DNA of 64,000 nucleotides. Origin: Opitutia bacterium. Lineage in GTDB: Bacteria > Verrucomicrobiota > Verrucomicrobiia > Opitutales > T3Sed10-336. The stretch is taken from the NCBI GenBank assembly GCA_050506795.1, contig JBJHCF010000023.1, positions 17,898 to 81,897 of the forward strand. Direction: 5' to 3'. This document shows, piece by piece, positions 40,859-50,502 of the stretch; position 1 is the first letter of the stretch; every line of letters begins with the position of its first letter. Below the pieces are notes generated by a model. It ran no database searches, was not told where the DNA came from, and saw only the letters and a program-made list of their open reading frames with translations. Both the position numbers and the translations under genes were made by a program.

Positions 40859-42766
40859 TCAAGGTATCAGGCTGATGGCATGGTCGAGGGCTTCTTGAGC
40901 GACGGCATCGTGGGGCCGTTTCTGCAGGGCTTCCTCGAAAGAGGCGCGGGCCCCTTCGAAGTTCCCCATTTCCATCTGAATGCGGCCGCGTGTCATGCGG
41001 CTGGAGTAGCTGGCGCCAATCTGCTCTTCCTGGCGATCGATCCAACCCAGGGCTTCCTCAAATTCACCGTGTCCCTCATACAAGGCAACGATGTCCCCAA
41101 ACAGAGTGGAACTCCACCCTTCCTGTTCCGCCAGATGCAGCAGTTCCTTTTCCGCTGCTTCAAAATCATCGGATAACCGAAGAATTTCCGCCTTCCACCT
41201 TCTTCGGTAGGTGGAGGGATCTTGGTCCGCTTCACGTTCGATGACTTCCCGGGCTTCCGATAGTTGATCCTGTTCGATCAGAAGATGAAGATACTTTCCC
41301 AGCCAATAGTCGCTCCCCATTCCCGTAGCGAAAATTCGCGCGTAGACCGCACCCAATTCTTCCGTTCGCTCGAGTTCCCACATGGCCTCAACCTTATCGA
41401 GCCAAAGGTCGTTGTGTTCGGGGAATTGAGCCAGGTAATGTTTCGCTTTGTCAATCGTCTCCTCGTAGTTCCCCTTCATGAAATGCGAATGGACGATATT
41501 GCCGGCGGCATAGTGGTTCTCCGGGTCCATCTCGACGGCCACTCGAAAATAAGCCAGGGCGGTGTCGAAGTCGTCGCGCATGAAATAATAAAGCCCGATT
41601 TTATTAAGAATCTGGCACTTGGCCACCCGGCGAGCGGCGGAAAAGGTTTCGGTCGTGGAAAGCACGGCTTCCGTAATCAACTCCATGCTCTCCAGAATCG
41701 CGTCGGGATTCCAGCGCTCGTCGATCAGGTTTCCTTCGATCCAGGTATTGATCATCCAAATTCGTCCGTCTCGCTTGATGATGCGATAATGATCGTGTAT
41801 CGAATCGGTCCCGACCGGTATCCGAAGTTTAAGCTCGCGAATCGTAGTTCCCTCCGGGGCGGCGGTATTGCGATTCAACAGAACTTCTTGATCCTCCAGA
41901 ACCATATCCTGTACGTAAAGCAATCCCTCAATGATGGCGTCCATTCTTGAGATTGGCTCTGCCAAATCGAGACGCAGTACCTGAAGCTGCGCCCCATAAA
42001 TGGAACGGGCGGTGAAGGCGGCGGCCGGGAATTCCTCCGCCAAGGCCTCCGAATAAATCCACTCCGGACGGTCGAAAACCAGGCGAAACCCGTCGTCGGG
42101 GCGTTCCACCGCTTCCTCGATCAAATCGCCGGTAGTCGTGAATATTTTTTCCGGATCGATCAATTCCATCCCGGTCAGAAAGGCGCGATGCGCGCGATAG
42201 ACTTCGTCCGCGTCATCAGGATTGCCAAAAGCCACGACCTGAAGCATCAGACCATTGTGGCTTCCGTACCAGTAGTCATAGTGAAAATAGGTCCCACCTG
42301 ACCTGGCCCGCGCATTCATGGTTTCACCGGCAATCCCCATCGCTTCCATCTGTTCCACCGGCCCGAAGCTCGCGCCTTGTCCGAGGCTGGAGAGGTTGGA
42401 CCGGACGACTTCTCCCAGAACGGTTGTATAAAAACCTTCCTCTATGCCAACAATCTCCGGCACGACCATAATCCAGATTTCCGGGCTGGCGCGTCTGATA
42501 ATAAACTGGGCGTCGGTATCGAAATGCGTCGGGTCCATGGTCACCCAGGGATGCTCTGGCCGCTCGAAACGCAGGTTATAGTCTTCGAGTATGACTGACG
42601 ACCCATCGGTTGCGGGCGCCAACAGAGCGAAACCTGCGACCGACAGACACAGGAAACCGACAAGAGCTTTGCGAACTATTTGGCTGTAAAGAATCAAGCC
42701 GAGGAAGAAGCAGAAACCGGCCGCAAACTGACCGGTGGCTCCGGGGAGGATTTCAACAATGGGCAT
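40859..42766 (-). CDS. Exported tetratricopeptide-repeat protein
   Basis: N-terminal hydrophobic segments; ALAYFRVAVEMDPEN and GNFEGARASFEEALQKRP are TPR motifs. Confidence 0.75.
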   Translation of the reverse strand: MPIVEILPGATGQFAAGFCFFLGLILYSQIVRKALVGFLCLSVAGFALLAPATDGSSVILEDYNLRFERPEHPWVTMDPTHFDTDAQFIIRRASPEIWIMVVPEIVGIEEGFYTTVLGEVVRSNLSSLGQGASFGPVEQMEAMGIAGETMNARARSGGTYFHYDYWYGSHNGLMLQVVAFGNPDDADEVYRAHRAFLTGMELIDPEKIFTTTGDLIEEAVERPDDGFRLVFDRPEWIYSEALAEEFPAAAFTARSIYGAQLQVLRLDLAEPISRMDAIIEGLLYVQDMVLEDQEVLLNRNTAAPEGTTIRELKLRIPVGTDSIHDHYRIIKRDGRIWMINTWIEGNLIDERWNPDAILESMELITEAVLSTTETFSAARRVAKCQILNKIGLYYFMRDDFDTALAYFRVAVEMDPENHYAAGNIVHSHFMKGNYEETIDKAKHYLAQFPEHNDLWLDKVEAMWELERTEELGAVYARIFATGMGSDYWLGKYLHLLIEQDQLSEAREVIEREADQDPSTYRRRWKAEILRLSDDFEAAEKELLHLAEQEGWSSTLFGDIVALYEGHGEFEEALGWIDRQEEQIGASYSSRMTRGRIQMEMGNFEGARASFEEALQKRPHDAVAQEALDHAISLIP

Positions 42767-42924
42767 GGTTTAGTTAGGTAGGTCGTTTGATTCGAAAGAA
42801 GAGAAGGGCGTCCTGATCCGTTTTTTGCAGTATTTCCCCGTCACGGAATGCGATCAACCTCAAAACCGATTCAATTCTGCGCGCCGCCTCCATGCCTTTT
42901 TTTTGAATTTGATTTCGCCAAGTA

Positions 42925-42936
42925 CTACAAGTGTAG
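42925..42936. promoter_or_regulatory. BlaI/MecI/CopY operator (TACA-N2-TGTA)
   Basis: CTACAAGTGTAG lies just over 30 bp upstream of a BlaI-family start codon. Confidence 0.7.
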
Positions 42937-42968
42937 CAAGCGCGGTATTGAACGTTGCAATTACTCCC

Positions 42969-43135
42969 ATGAAAGGCATCAAAATATCGGACTCCGAATG
43001 GGAAGTCATGAACTTGGTCTGGAAGGAGCCGGGGGTTTCCTCCGGCCGGGTTGTCGAAGTTCTTTCCGCACAGAAGGAGTGGCGTTCGCGCACCGTAAGG
43101 ACGTTGCTCGTACCCCTGGTGAAGAAAGGCGCAAC
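42969..43135 (+). pseudogene. Truncated BlaI/MecI/CopY repressor
   Basis: MKGIKISDSEWEVMNLVW..EWRSRTVRTLLVPLVKKGA; similarity then stops at a duplicated GGCGCAACCAAGGACGTC. Confidence 0.8.
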
Positions 43136-43238
43136 CAAGGACGTCACGTCTGGCGCAACCAAGGACGTCTTGACCTTTGACAAAATAACTGAGATGGCCG
43201 AATCCAAACGCCCTCTGTCAAGAGTCAATGACGTCTTC
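43128..43238. repeat. 18-bp direct repeat plus an imperfect inverted repeat (REP-like)
   Basis: GGCGCAACCAAGGACGTC twice; GACGTCTTGACCTTTGACA ... TGTCAAGAGTCAATGACGTC; a related hairpin at ~25030-25088. Confidence 0.6.
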
Positions 43239-43466
43239 CAGTTACTCCCAAAGGAGACTCAACCAATGGGGTCATTGGCCGATACATGCTACACTTGGGA
43301 ACCAGCCCCTGTCGGCCTGACCCCTTCCGAAATGCCCGAAAGTTTTCTGGTGCAAGCGCCAGTCCTACAGGGAAGAATAGATCGTCCGCCGCGGAGAAAA
43401 GTAGATTACGCCTTCAGCGAAAAAGAAGCGGACAGGTCGTGCACTTTACTTATACGTGATGGGGTG

Positions 43467-44520
43467 TTATGGGGCGATTTCTTCAACGACCAATCGGAGA
43501 AAGAGGGCGTCGTGATCCTTTGCGGCGACTGCGGCAGTGCGCATTCCGTCGGCGTCGGGCGTGGAGAGAGTGACCTCGGCGGCGTCCCAGTCGATCAGGT
43601 TTGTGCTGACTTCCACGGCGTAGTTAAGGCCGGATTGATCGCCGAAGAAGCTCATGCTCAAATGGCCTGCGGCGAACACGGCTTGAGGCATGTGTGCTCT
43701 CAAATTCTCCCGGGGATCAAGGTTCAGGGCGTAAGCCATCAGCAGGCCCACGCCATCGCCGTTTAAATCTGTCGCCGGGCCGGTGTAGGCGGCTGACAAA
43801 ACCTGTGCATTGACGAGCCAATCAGTGAAGGGGCGGGCTTGGCCGAGATTCAGCGCCGGATATCCTTTCCAGGTTGGCGAGGTGAAGCTTGCGGCCGCCC
43901 CGTCAAAGTAAAATATCGAAAACGCGGATGCGGTGTCGGCGAATACTCCGGATGCCATGGAAGGTGCGTTACCTTGGAAGACGGCGCGTTCGAGGTTTGA
44001 GCAGCCGCTAAAGGCCGCGTAGCCGATAGAGGCGACGCCGTCGGGGATCACCACGCTGGTGAGGTTCGTGGAGTCTTGGAAGGCTCCATGATCGCCCTCG
44101 GTGTGTAGATGATCTCCGGCTCCAATAATGGTGACGCTGTCGGGGATCGTGTAGGAGCTATCGGTTTTTCCCTGCGGATATCGAAGGAGGATTGTTTGGC
44201 TGACGTCAAACAAGACCCCCGCCACGCTGCTGAAGCGGGAATTGGCCGGATCGACATTAATGCTGGTAAGGTTCGTGCAGCCGTCAAAGGCGTGGCTTCC
44301 GATGGAGGTGACGCTGTTGGGAATCTCCAAGGTGTTGAGATTCGTGGCGTCTTCGAAGGCCCACTTTTCGATGGAGGTGACGCTGTCGGGGATTGTATAG
44401 AAGGCATCGGTTTTTCCCGGTGGATATTGAAGGAGGACTGTTTGGTTGCCGTTAAACCACAAGCCCGACACGCTACTGAAGTGGGAACTGCCCGGATCGA
44501 CATCAATGTTGGTGAAGCCT
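43467..44520 (-). pseudogene. BspA-type leucine-rich-repeat surface protein, N-terminally truncated
   Basis: TIPDSVTSIEKWAF..NL and EIPNSVTSIGSHAFDGCTNLTSI repeats; no signal peptide; the ORF 5' part is translated REP DNA. Confidence 0.7.
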
Positions 44521-44559
44521 GGTTCCGATTCCGGGGATCGGGTGGTTTGTCGGCCGGTT

Positions 44560-44775
44560 GGAGACGCCGTCTGAAGAGCGGCGCTACGGTTGAGCGACCG
44601 CAGGGAGCGGACATGGAAGCTATTGTGGAGGCTAAGCCTCGGATCCGGATTTATAACCACGAAGGACTCGAAGGACACGAAGGACACGAAGGAGGATGTT
44701 ATGGCGGGCAGGATGCCCGCGTTCCCAGTCACCTCGCCCCTCGTCCCACGTCCCACGCCCCTCTCCCCACGCCCC
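44560..44775. repeat. Cluster of REP-like fragments
   Basis: CGCCGTCTGAAGAGCGGCGCTAC, (C/A)CGAAGGAC tandem, GCGGGCAGGATGCCCGC, CCCTCGCCCC/CCCACG heptamers. Confidence 0.55.
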
Positions 44776-45540
44776 TCAAGGCCCGCCGCCGAGGTACAGG
44801 GCCTGCAGGGCGGGGGCGTTTTTCAGGTCTTCGGAGGTGCCCTCCAGGGCCACTTTACCGTTTTCCATCACCAGGCCGCGGTCGGCGACGGCCAACGCCT
44901 GCTTTGCGTTTTGCTCGACCAGCAGGATCGTCAGGCCTTCCTTCTCCCGGATCTCTCGGACGATGCGAAAGACCTCCTTGACCAGCAGCGGAGAGAGGCC
45001 CATCGACGGCTCGTCGAGGAGCAGCATCTTCGGCCGCGCCATCAGCCCGCGTCCGATCACCAGCATCTGCTGCTCGCCGCCCGACAAATAGCCGGCCTTC
45101 AGATTCAGCCGCTCGACCAGCCGCGGAAAATAGCCGAGGACCCGATCGATGTCCTCGCGGATCGCCCGCATGTCCCGGCGGCTGAAGGCGCCCATTTTCA
45201 AGTTCTCCTCGACGGTCAGATCGGGAAAGACGAAGCGCCCTTCCATGACGTGCATCGCACCGAGGCGCACCATCTGACGGGCCGGGGCGCCGGTCACGTC
45301 GCGACCGCCCAGTCGCACGCTCCCCTCGGAGATCGCTCCCCGCTCGGACTTCAGCATGCCCGAGATCGATTTCAGCAGGGTCGATTTTCCCGCGCCGTTG
45401 GCTCCGAGGATCGCGACAAACTCGCCTTCCCGGACCGCAAGCCCGACCCCATGGAGCACCCGCACCACCTGGTTGTAGGCGACGTGCAGGTTCTCGATCT
45501 CCAGGAAAGGGACCGGCGGCCGGTCGGAGTCGGACCTCAT
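44776..45540 (-). CDS. livF: HAAT-family ABC transporter ATP-binding protein (LivF-like)
   Basis: GANGAGKST, LSGGEQQML, LLDEPSMGLSP, LLVEQN. Confidence 0.88.
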   Translation of the reverse strand: MRSDSDRPPVPFLEIENLHVAYNQVVRVLHGVGLAVREGEFVAILGANGAGKSTLLKSISGMLKSERGAISEGSVRLGGRDVTGAPARQMVRLGAMHVMEGRFVFPDLTVEENLKMGAFSRRDMRAIREDIDRVLGYFPRLVERLNLKAGYLSGGEQQMLVIGRGLMARPKMLLLDEPSMGLSPLLVKEVFRIVREIREKEGLTILLVEQNAKQALAVADRGLVMENGKVALEGTSEDLKNAPALQALYLGGGP

Positions 45541-46685
45541 CAGCGCTCCAGAGTATTGTCCCAAATCTTGACCCACTCCCCCTCCTGCACCTGGTAAATC
45601 GGCACGTTCATGCTCGGGCGGTGGTCATCCTCGAAAAAGCTTACCGGCGGGATCAGGCCGCCCGGCGAGAAGTCCCGCAAGGTGTAAAACATTTGCCGAA
45701 GGTTTTCCCCGGTGATCTCCAGGTCCTCGTCAATCGCGCGACCGATCACCTCGGCGGCAAGCAGCGCCTGGGCCCATCCGCGGATGTAGTGGGTATCCGG
45801 TGACGAATAGTTCGCGGCCATAATAGCCTCCATCGCCGATGCGCTCTCATCCCCGTAGGAAACACTCCCATAGAGCGCCAGGTGCCCTTCCGCATCCTCG
45901 CCGGCATTGCGAATAAACGCCTCATCCCCGGCGTAGATGTTCCCGATCAACACGCCATCGCTTCCCTGCCGGGCGAGGTCGCGGGCGAGCACACTCATCG
46001 CGGCATTCGTGTTGCCCATCCAGATGTGCGTGGCGCCGGCGTTCCGGAACGCCAGGCTTTGCTGGACCGCGTCGGTGGGCGTGTAGCCGATATCCTCCTC
46101 GGCCACGATCGGCACGCCGAGCCGCTCGGCCTCCGCCTTGATCGCCGGAATGGGCGCGATGCCGAAGCCTCCCGGATTGCGGGCCAGCCCGAGGCGCCCC
46201 TCCTGCTCGGCCACGTACTGCACGGCGCTTTGGGCCGCCGTCGAATAATCGGCGTTGGTGATAAAAAAGTAGGGAGCGTGCTCGGCATCGACGAACTCCT
46301 CCGCGTACGAGGTCGGCATGTAGATCACCTGCGCGCGGGTCGAGAGCGGCAGGACCGCGGCGCTGTCCGGCGTGCCGAACCCGTGAATCAGCGGCACTCG
46401 GTTGTCATCGGCCAACTGCCGGAAGGCGCGGATCGTCCGCGGAATGTCGTAGCTGGCGTCGATCTCGATCACCCGGACCTGGCGCCCGCGCACACCCCCG
46501 TTGGCATTGATCCACCTCCAGGCGTCGCGAACGCCATCCGCCAACGGCACGCCGACATCGGAGGTCGCGCCGGTGCGATTTGAAATCTGCCCGACACGGA
46601 TCGTGTCGTCATCGTCGCGCGGCGCGCAAGCGGTCAACGCCAGCAGCACAACACCAAGAAACAAGGGAAGGACCGGGTTTTTCAT
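45540..46685 (-). CDS. HAAT-family ABC substrate-binding lipoprotein (LivK-like)
   Basis: Lipobox LTAC; IRVGQISNRTGATS..INANGGVRGR; coupled to livF (TGATG). Confidence 0.85.
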   Translation of the reverse strand: MKNPVLPLFLGVVLLALTACAPRDDDDTIRVGQISNRTGATSDVGVPLADGVRDAWRWINANGGVRGRQVRVIEIDASYDIPRTIRAFRQLADDNRVPLIHGFGTPDSAAVLPLSTRAQVIYMPTSYAEEFVDAEHAPYFFITNADYSTAAQSAVQYVAEQEGRLGLARNPGGFGIAPIPAIKAEAERLGVPIVAEEDIGYTPTDAVQQSLAFRNAGATHIWMGNTNAAMSVLARDLARQGSDGVLIGNIYAGDEAFIRNAGEDAEGHLALYGSVSYGDESASAMEAIMAANYSSPDTHYIRGWAQALLAAEVIGRAIDEDLEITGENLRQMFYTLRDFSPGGLIPPVSFFEDDHRPSMNVPIYQVQEGEWVKIWDNTLER

Positions 46686-46707
46686 AAACCTATGACTTGT
46701 TTAAAAA

Positions 46708-47736
46708 TCAGGACTTTCGAAAGCGCAGGATAATATCCAATTTACCAAAAACGAAATTCGTGAGCTTTCTCCAGCTTCGCGCCATTCCGTGCGGCTCGTA
46801 AAGGAGAAAAACAACGATCAGCAAGCCGAATATGCCCTGTCGCACCGGCGCCATCTGCCCGGTCTCCAGTCCCAGCCGCAACGCCAGCCCATCCAGAATC
46901 TCGGGGGTCATTACGATGAAGACCGCCCCCAGAATCGCCCCGGCGAGCGTGCCCAGCCCACCGATGATCACCAGCGCCAGCAGTTGGATCGAAACGAACA
47001 AGCTGAAAGCCTGGATAGCCACGAACTCCAGGTACCACGCCATCAGCGCCCCGGCAACGCCGGCGTAAAAGGTGGAAACGGCGAAGGCGGTGAGCTTGGT
47101 GCGGAAAAGACCGATGCCCATAATCTCCGCCGCGCGCGGGTTTTCGCGCACCGCCGCGAAAGCCCGTCCCATGCGCGTGCGAAGGATATTCGCGTAGGCG
47201 ATCGCGCCGATCGTCGCAAACGCCAGCACCAACAGGTAATACCGGCTGCCTTCCTGCAGGTCGATCCCCAACAACACCGGCCGCTCCACGAACCGTCCAT
47301 CCTCCCCGCCGGTCAACCAGCGCGCCTGCTCGAAGAACCAGAAAAGGATGATCTGCGCCGAAAAACTCGCCATCACCAGGTACACGCCTTTCAAACGCAA
47401 CGAGGGCAGCCCGAACAACAGACCGACAACCGCCGCGATCCCTCCCGCGAGCAGGATCGACGGCATCACCGGCAAGCCGAGATTCTGATTCAGGTACGCC
47501 GCGGAAAAAGCGCCCACCCCCATGAACGCCGCATGGGCAATCGAGATCAACCCCGCGTTCCCGGTCAACAGATTCAGGCCCATTCCCGCCAGGGCGTAAA
47601 TGGTGATAATCGTCAGCAACGCCAACTGCGACCCGGTCATAAACTGCGAAGCGACCGCCGCTCCCAGAACCAGAGCGACCGCCCCATAAAGGTTGCCCTT
47701 GCGCACCAGTCGGCCTTGTTCGGAATCAAAACTCAT
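46708..47736 (-). CDS. livM: HAAT-family ABC permease (LivM-like)
   Basis: GLNLLTGNAGLISIAHAAFMGVGA, LRLKGVYL, AVRENPRAA, IIGGLGTLAG; start at MSFD. Confidence 0.88.
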   Translation of the reverse strand: MSFDSEQGRLVRKGNLYGAVALVLGAAVASQFMTGSQLALLTIITIYALAGMGLNLLTGNAGLISIAHAAFMGVGAFSAAYLNQNLGLPVMPSILLAGGIAAVVGLLFGLPSLRLKGVYLVMASFSAQIILFWFFEQARWLTGGEDGRFVERPVLLGIDLQEGSRYYLLVLAFATIGAIAYANILRTRMGRAFAAVRENPRAAEIMGIGLFRTKLTAFAVSTFYAGVAGALMAWYLEFVAIQAFSLFVSIQLLALVIIGGLGTLAGAILGAVFIVMTPEILDGLALRLGLETGQMAPVRQGIFGLLIVVFLLYEPHGMARSWRKLTNFVFGKLDIILRFRKS

Positions 47737-48623
47737 CACAATTTGTCGATCTCCTTTCGTCCGAAAAGTCCGGTCGGACGTATCCACAGTATCAGGATCA
47801 GGACAAAAAACGGCGCCACCGGCCCGAGCCCGCTCAGACCGGTCAGGTTCCGCAGGTAGCCGCCCGAGAGGTTTTCGAGGACCCCGATGATCACGCCGCT
47901 GATCGTCGCGCCGATGATACTGTCCAGTCCGCCGAGAATCACCGCCGGAAACACCCGCACCCCGTAAGCGCTCAGGTCGGGGGTCAGCCCCGAAATATTC
48001 GCCGCCAGGATGCCGCCGACTCCCGATACAATCGCCGAGATCACCCAGGCCAGAGCAAAGACGCGGACGAGTGGCACCCCGAGGCTCTCCGCGGCCTTTT
48101 GGGAACTCGACACCGCGCGCATCACCAATCCCCAACGGGTATATTGAAAAAACACTCCGAATAAAACCATGAAGGTCAGGCTCAAGAAAAACGCATAGAG
48201 ATAAACCTGGCTGACCGTCACCACCCCCAGATCGAGCCCCTCCCGCGGAAAGACCGTCGGAAACGGCCGGTTCGTCGCCCCCCAGACCAGCAGCACCACC
48301 GACCGCAAAACGATCCCGATGCCGATCGTCGCCATCACGATGCTCATGACCGGCGCCCCCATCATCCGTCTCAGCACGAGCTTTTCGATCGCCAGGGCCA
48401 AAAGCGTCATAAAAACCAGGGTCGTAAAAAACCCGGCCAGGAAGGGCATTCCGGTCGTCACGATCACCTCGAGGCAAATATAGGCGCCGATCATCAGCAG
48501 TTCCCCCTGCGCGAAATTGACCACCTCCGTCGCCTTGTAAATCAGAACAAACCCCAGCGCGATCATCGAGTAAATCGACCCGACGACGATGCCGTTGATC
48601 AAAAGTCCAAGAAAATAATCCAT
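47736..48623 (-). CDS. livH: HAAT-family ABC permease (LivH-like)
   Basis: NGIVVGSIYSMIALGFVLIYKATEVVNFAQG, FPAVILGGLDS. Confidence 0.9.
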   Translation of the reverse strand: MDYFLGLLINGIVVGSIYSMIALGFVLIYKATEVVNFAQGELLMIGAYICLEVIVTTGMPFLAGFFTTLVFMTLLALAIEKLVLRRMMGAPVMSIVMATIGIGIVLRSVVLLVWGATNRPFPTVFPREGLDLGVVTVSQVYLYAFFLSLTFMVLFGVFFQYTRWGLVMRAVSSSQKAAESLGVPLVRVFALAWVISAIVSGVGGILAANISGLTPDLSAYGVRVFPAVILGGLDSIIGATISGVIIGVLENLSGGYLRNLTGLSGLGPVAPFFVLILILWIRPTGLFGRKEIDKL

Positions 48624-48628
48624 TAGTG

Positions 48629-48779
48629 AATTTTCGATTTTGGATTGCGGATTTTGGATTGTCCAGTGGCTCGCTTCGCGAGCAGTGGATTTGTTTTACC
48701 CTGGAAAAGTCCTCTCTTCTCGCATTCTGCGCGAAGCGCCGGACTCCAATCCAAAATCGCAAATCCAAAATCCAAAATC
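48629..48779. repeat. Heptamer-armed palindromic element (GATTTTG/CAAAATC)
   Basis: GATTTTGGATTGCGGATTTTGGATT ... AATCCAAAATCGCAAATCCAAAATCCAAAATC; inverted relative at 52988..53145. Confidence 0.75.
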
Positions 48780-49563
48780 ATGCGTCCTCCTCCTCCCCCA
48801 GGTAGGCCTTTCGGACCGCCGGATCGTTCATGACCTCCTCCGGCGTTCCCTCCGCGATCGTTCTCCCGAAATCGAGCACCGAAACGACATCCGAAATACG
48901 CCGCACCACACCGACATCATGCTCGATCATCACCACCGTGATGTTCTTCTCCCGGTTCAGCTTCCGAACCACCTGCGCCAGCTCCGCCTTCTCGCTGTCA
49001 TTCATGCCGGCCATCGGCTCGTCCAGAAGCAGCAGCTTCGGCCGCGAGACCATCGCCCGCGCCAGCTCCACCCGTTTCTGAGCGCCGTAGGGAAGATCCC
49101 CGACCGGCTGCTCCCCCAACTCCCCGATACCGAGCAGCTCGATCGCCTCGACCGCCTCGTCGCGCAACCGGCGCTCCTCCTCCCGGCAACCGAACCGCGT
49201 CCAGTACAGCGCGCCGCGCACGATCCCGCTCTTCAGCCGATGATGTCCGCCGGCCATCACGTTGTCCAAAACGCTCTCCTCCCGGAACAAGGCAATGTTT
49301 TGAAACGTGCGCGCGATCCCGAGAACCGGCCGCTCGTGCGGACGGCGCCGCAAAAGGTCCTTCCCGTCGAACCGGATCGCCCCCCGCGGACGATACACCC
49401 CGGAGATGCAATTCAGCACCGTCGATTTCCCCGCTCCGTTCGGACCGATGATCGAGTGTATCCGTCCGGCAGCGACACCGATGCTCACCGCCTGCAGGGC
49501 CTTGATCCCGCCAAAGCTCAAGGACAACTCGGCCAATTCGAGAATCGGGACATCGGAAGGCAT
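48778..49563 (-). CDS. livG: HAAT-family ABC ATP-binding protein (LivG-like)
   Basis: FGGIKAL, GPNGAGKST, ARTFQN, LPYGAQKRVELARA, IEHD, VRKAYLG. Confidence 0.9.
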   Translation of the reverse strand: MPSDVPILELAELSLSFGGIKALQAVSIGVAAGRIHSIIGPNGAGKSTVLNCISGVYRPRGAIRFDGKDLLRRRPHERPVLGIARTFQNIALFREESVLDNVMAGGHHRLKSGIVRGALYWTRFGCREEERRLRDEAVEAIELLGIGELGEQPVGDLPYGAQKRVELARAMVSRPKLLLLDEPMAGMNDSEKAELAQVVRKLNREKNITVVMIEHDVGVVRRISDVVSVLDFGRTIAEGTPEEVMNDPAVRKAYLGEEEDA

Positions 49564-49825
49564 GGTCGGTTTCGGATTTCTGATCGGAGGATCCAGCAGT
49601 ATCAGCCCGAAAAGTCAGCGGCATGTTCGCTGAGAGGGCAACGCCAAAATCCAAGCCATGCGGGAAATGCAACCTTCAATCGGCGATGCCGACACACCCC
49701 CTCATAACGGGTCACTGGACTGAGGCCGGACGAGTATTCAAGGGTCCAAAAACCTCTCCCGCCGAAGCCGGACTGGAAGCCGCAGGTACGGGGACAAACG
49801 CACAGGAAAAAGATTCAGCCCAACC

Positions 49826-49862
49826 TTGACGCACTAATATAGTGTACACTATCTTAGTGTAA
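49826..49862 (+). promoter_or_regulatory. TA promoter with two tandem palindromic operators; probably leaderless
   Basis: TTGACG-18 nt-TATCTT-7 nt-ATG; CACTA-ATA-TAGTG and ACACTA-TCT-TAGTGT overlap the promoter. Confidence 0.65.
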
Positions 49863-50087
49863 ATGAAAAACATTACCTTGAGCGCAGATGAGGAAGCCAT
49901 CGAAAGAGCCCGCCAGGTGGCAAGGAACCGAAAAACAACTTTGAACGGTCTTTTCCGGAATTGGCTGGAGCAGCTCGGCGAGGGCGAACTCCGGGCACAA
50001 GCCTTCCACCAACAAATGAATCGGCTGGAGGGACGAATCCGGGTGGGCCGCCGGAAATTCACGAGAGAGGAGATGAATGAGCGCTGA
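49863..50087 (+). CDS. Ribbon-helix-helix antitoxin (DUF6364-like)
   Basis: MKNITLSADEEAIERARQVA..TTLNGLFR..KFTREEMNER; overlaps the PIN gene. Confidence 0.8.
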   Translation: MKNITLSADEEAIERARQVARNRKTTLNGLFRNWLEQLGEGELRAQAFHQQMNRLEGRIRVGRRKFTREEMNER

Positions 50088-50502
50088 ATACTTTCTCGAT
50101 ACGAATGTATTGATTTACTCCTTCGATGAGAACGCGCCGGCGAAGCGGGAAACCGCCCGGGAGCTGATTGCCACGGCCCTGAGACGGAGCAGCGGCTTTA
50201 TCAGCTGGCAGGTCGTGCAGGAGTTTTTGAACGTCGCCCTGCACAAGTGGGAAAAACCCATGAACGCCGCGGATGCAAATGATTATCTCAGCGGGACATT
50301 GGAGCCACTTTGCGCGGTATTCCCATCACCAACCTTGTGGCGCGCCGCGCTCTCGCTTCAAGCTCAGAGCCAATACCGTTTTTACGACAGCTTGATCGTG
50401 GCTTCCGCACTGCAGTGTGGTGCCAAAGTCCTCTACAGCGAAGACCTGCAAGCAGGTCGCTGGTTCGGTGATTTGGAAATAAAGGATCCGTTCTCGCTCT
50501 AA
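50077..50502 (+). CDS. PIN-domain toxin
   Basis: FLDTNVLIY, SWQVVQEF, FYDSLIVASAL..LYSEDLQ. Confidence 0.88.
   Translation: MSAEYFLDTNVLIYSFDENAPAKRETARELIATALRRSSGFISWQVVQEFLNVALHKWEKPMNAADANDYLSGTLEPLCAVFPSPTLWRAALSLQAQSQYRFYDSLIVASALQCGAKVLYSEDLQAGRWFGDLEIKDPFSL

Noticed and set aside
42825..43766. 313-aa ORF as a real gene
   Set aside because: Chimaera of a BlaI stub, repeat DNA and the antisense of the LRR gene.
47737..48768. N-terminal extension making a 686-aa permease
   Set aside because: Alternate frame of livH plus repeat DNA; livM starts at 47736.
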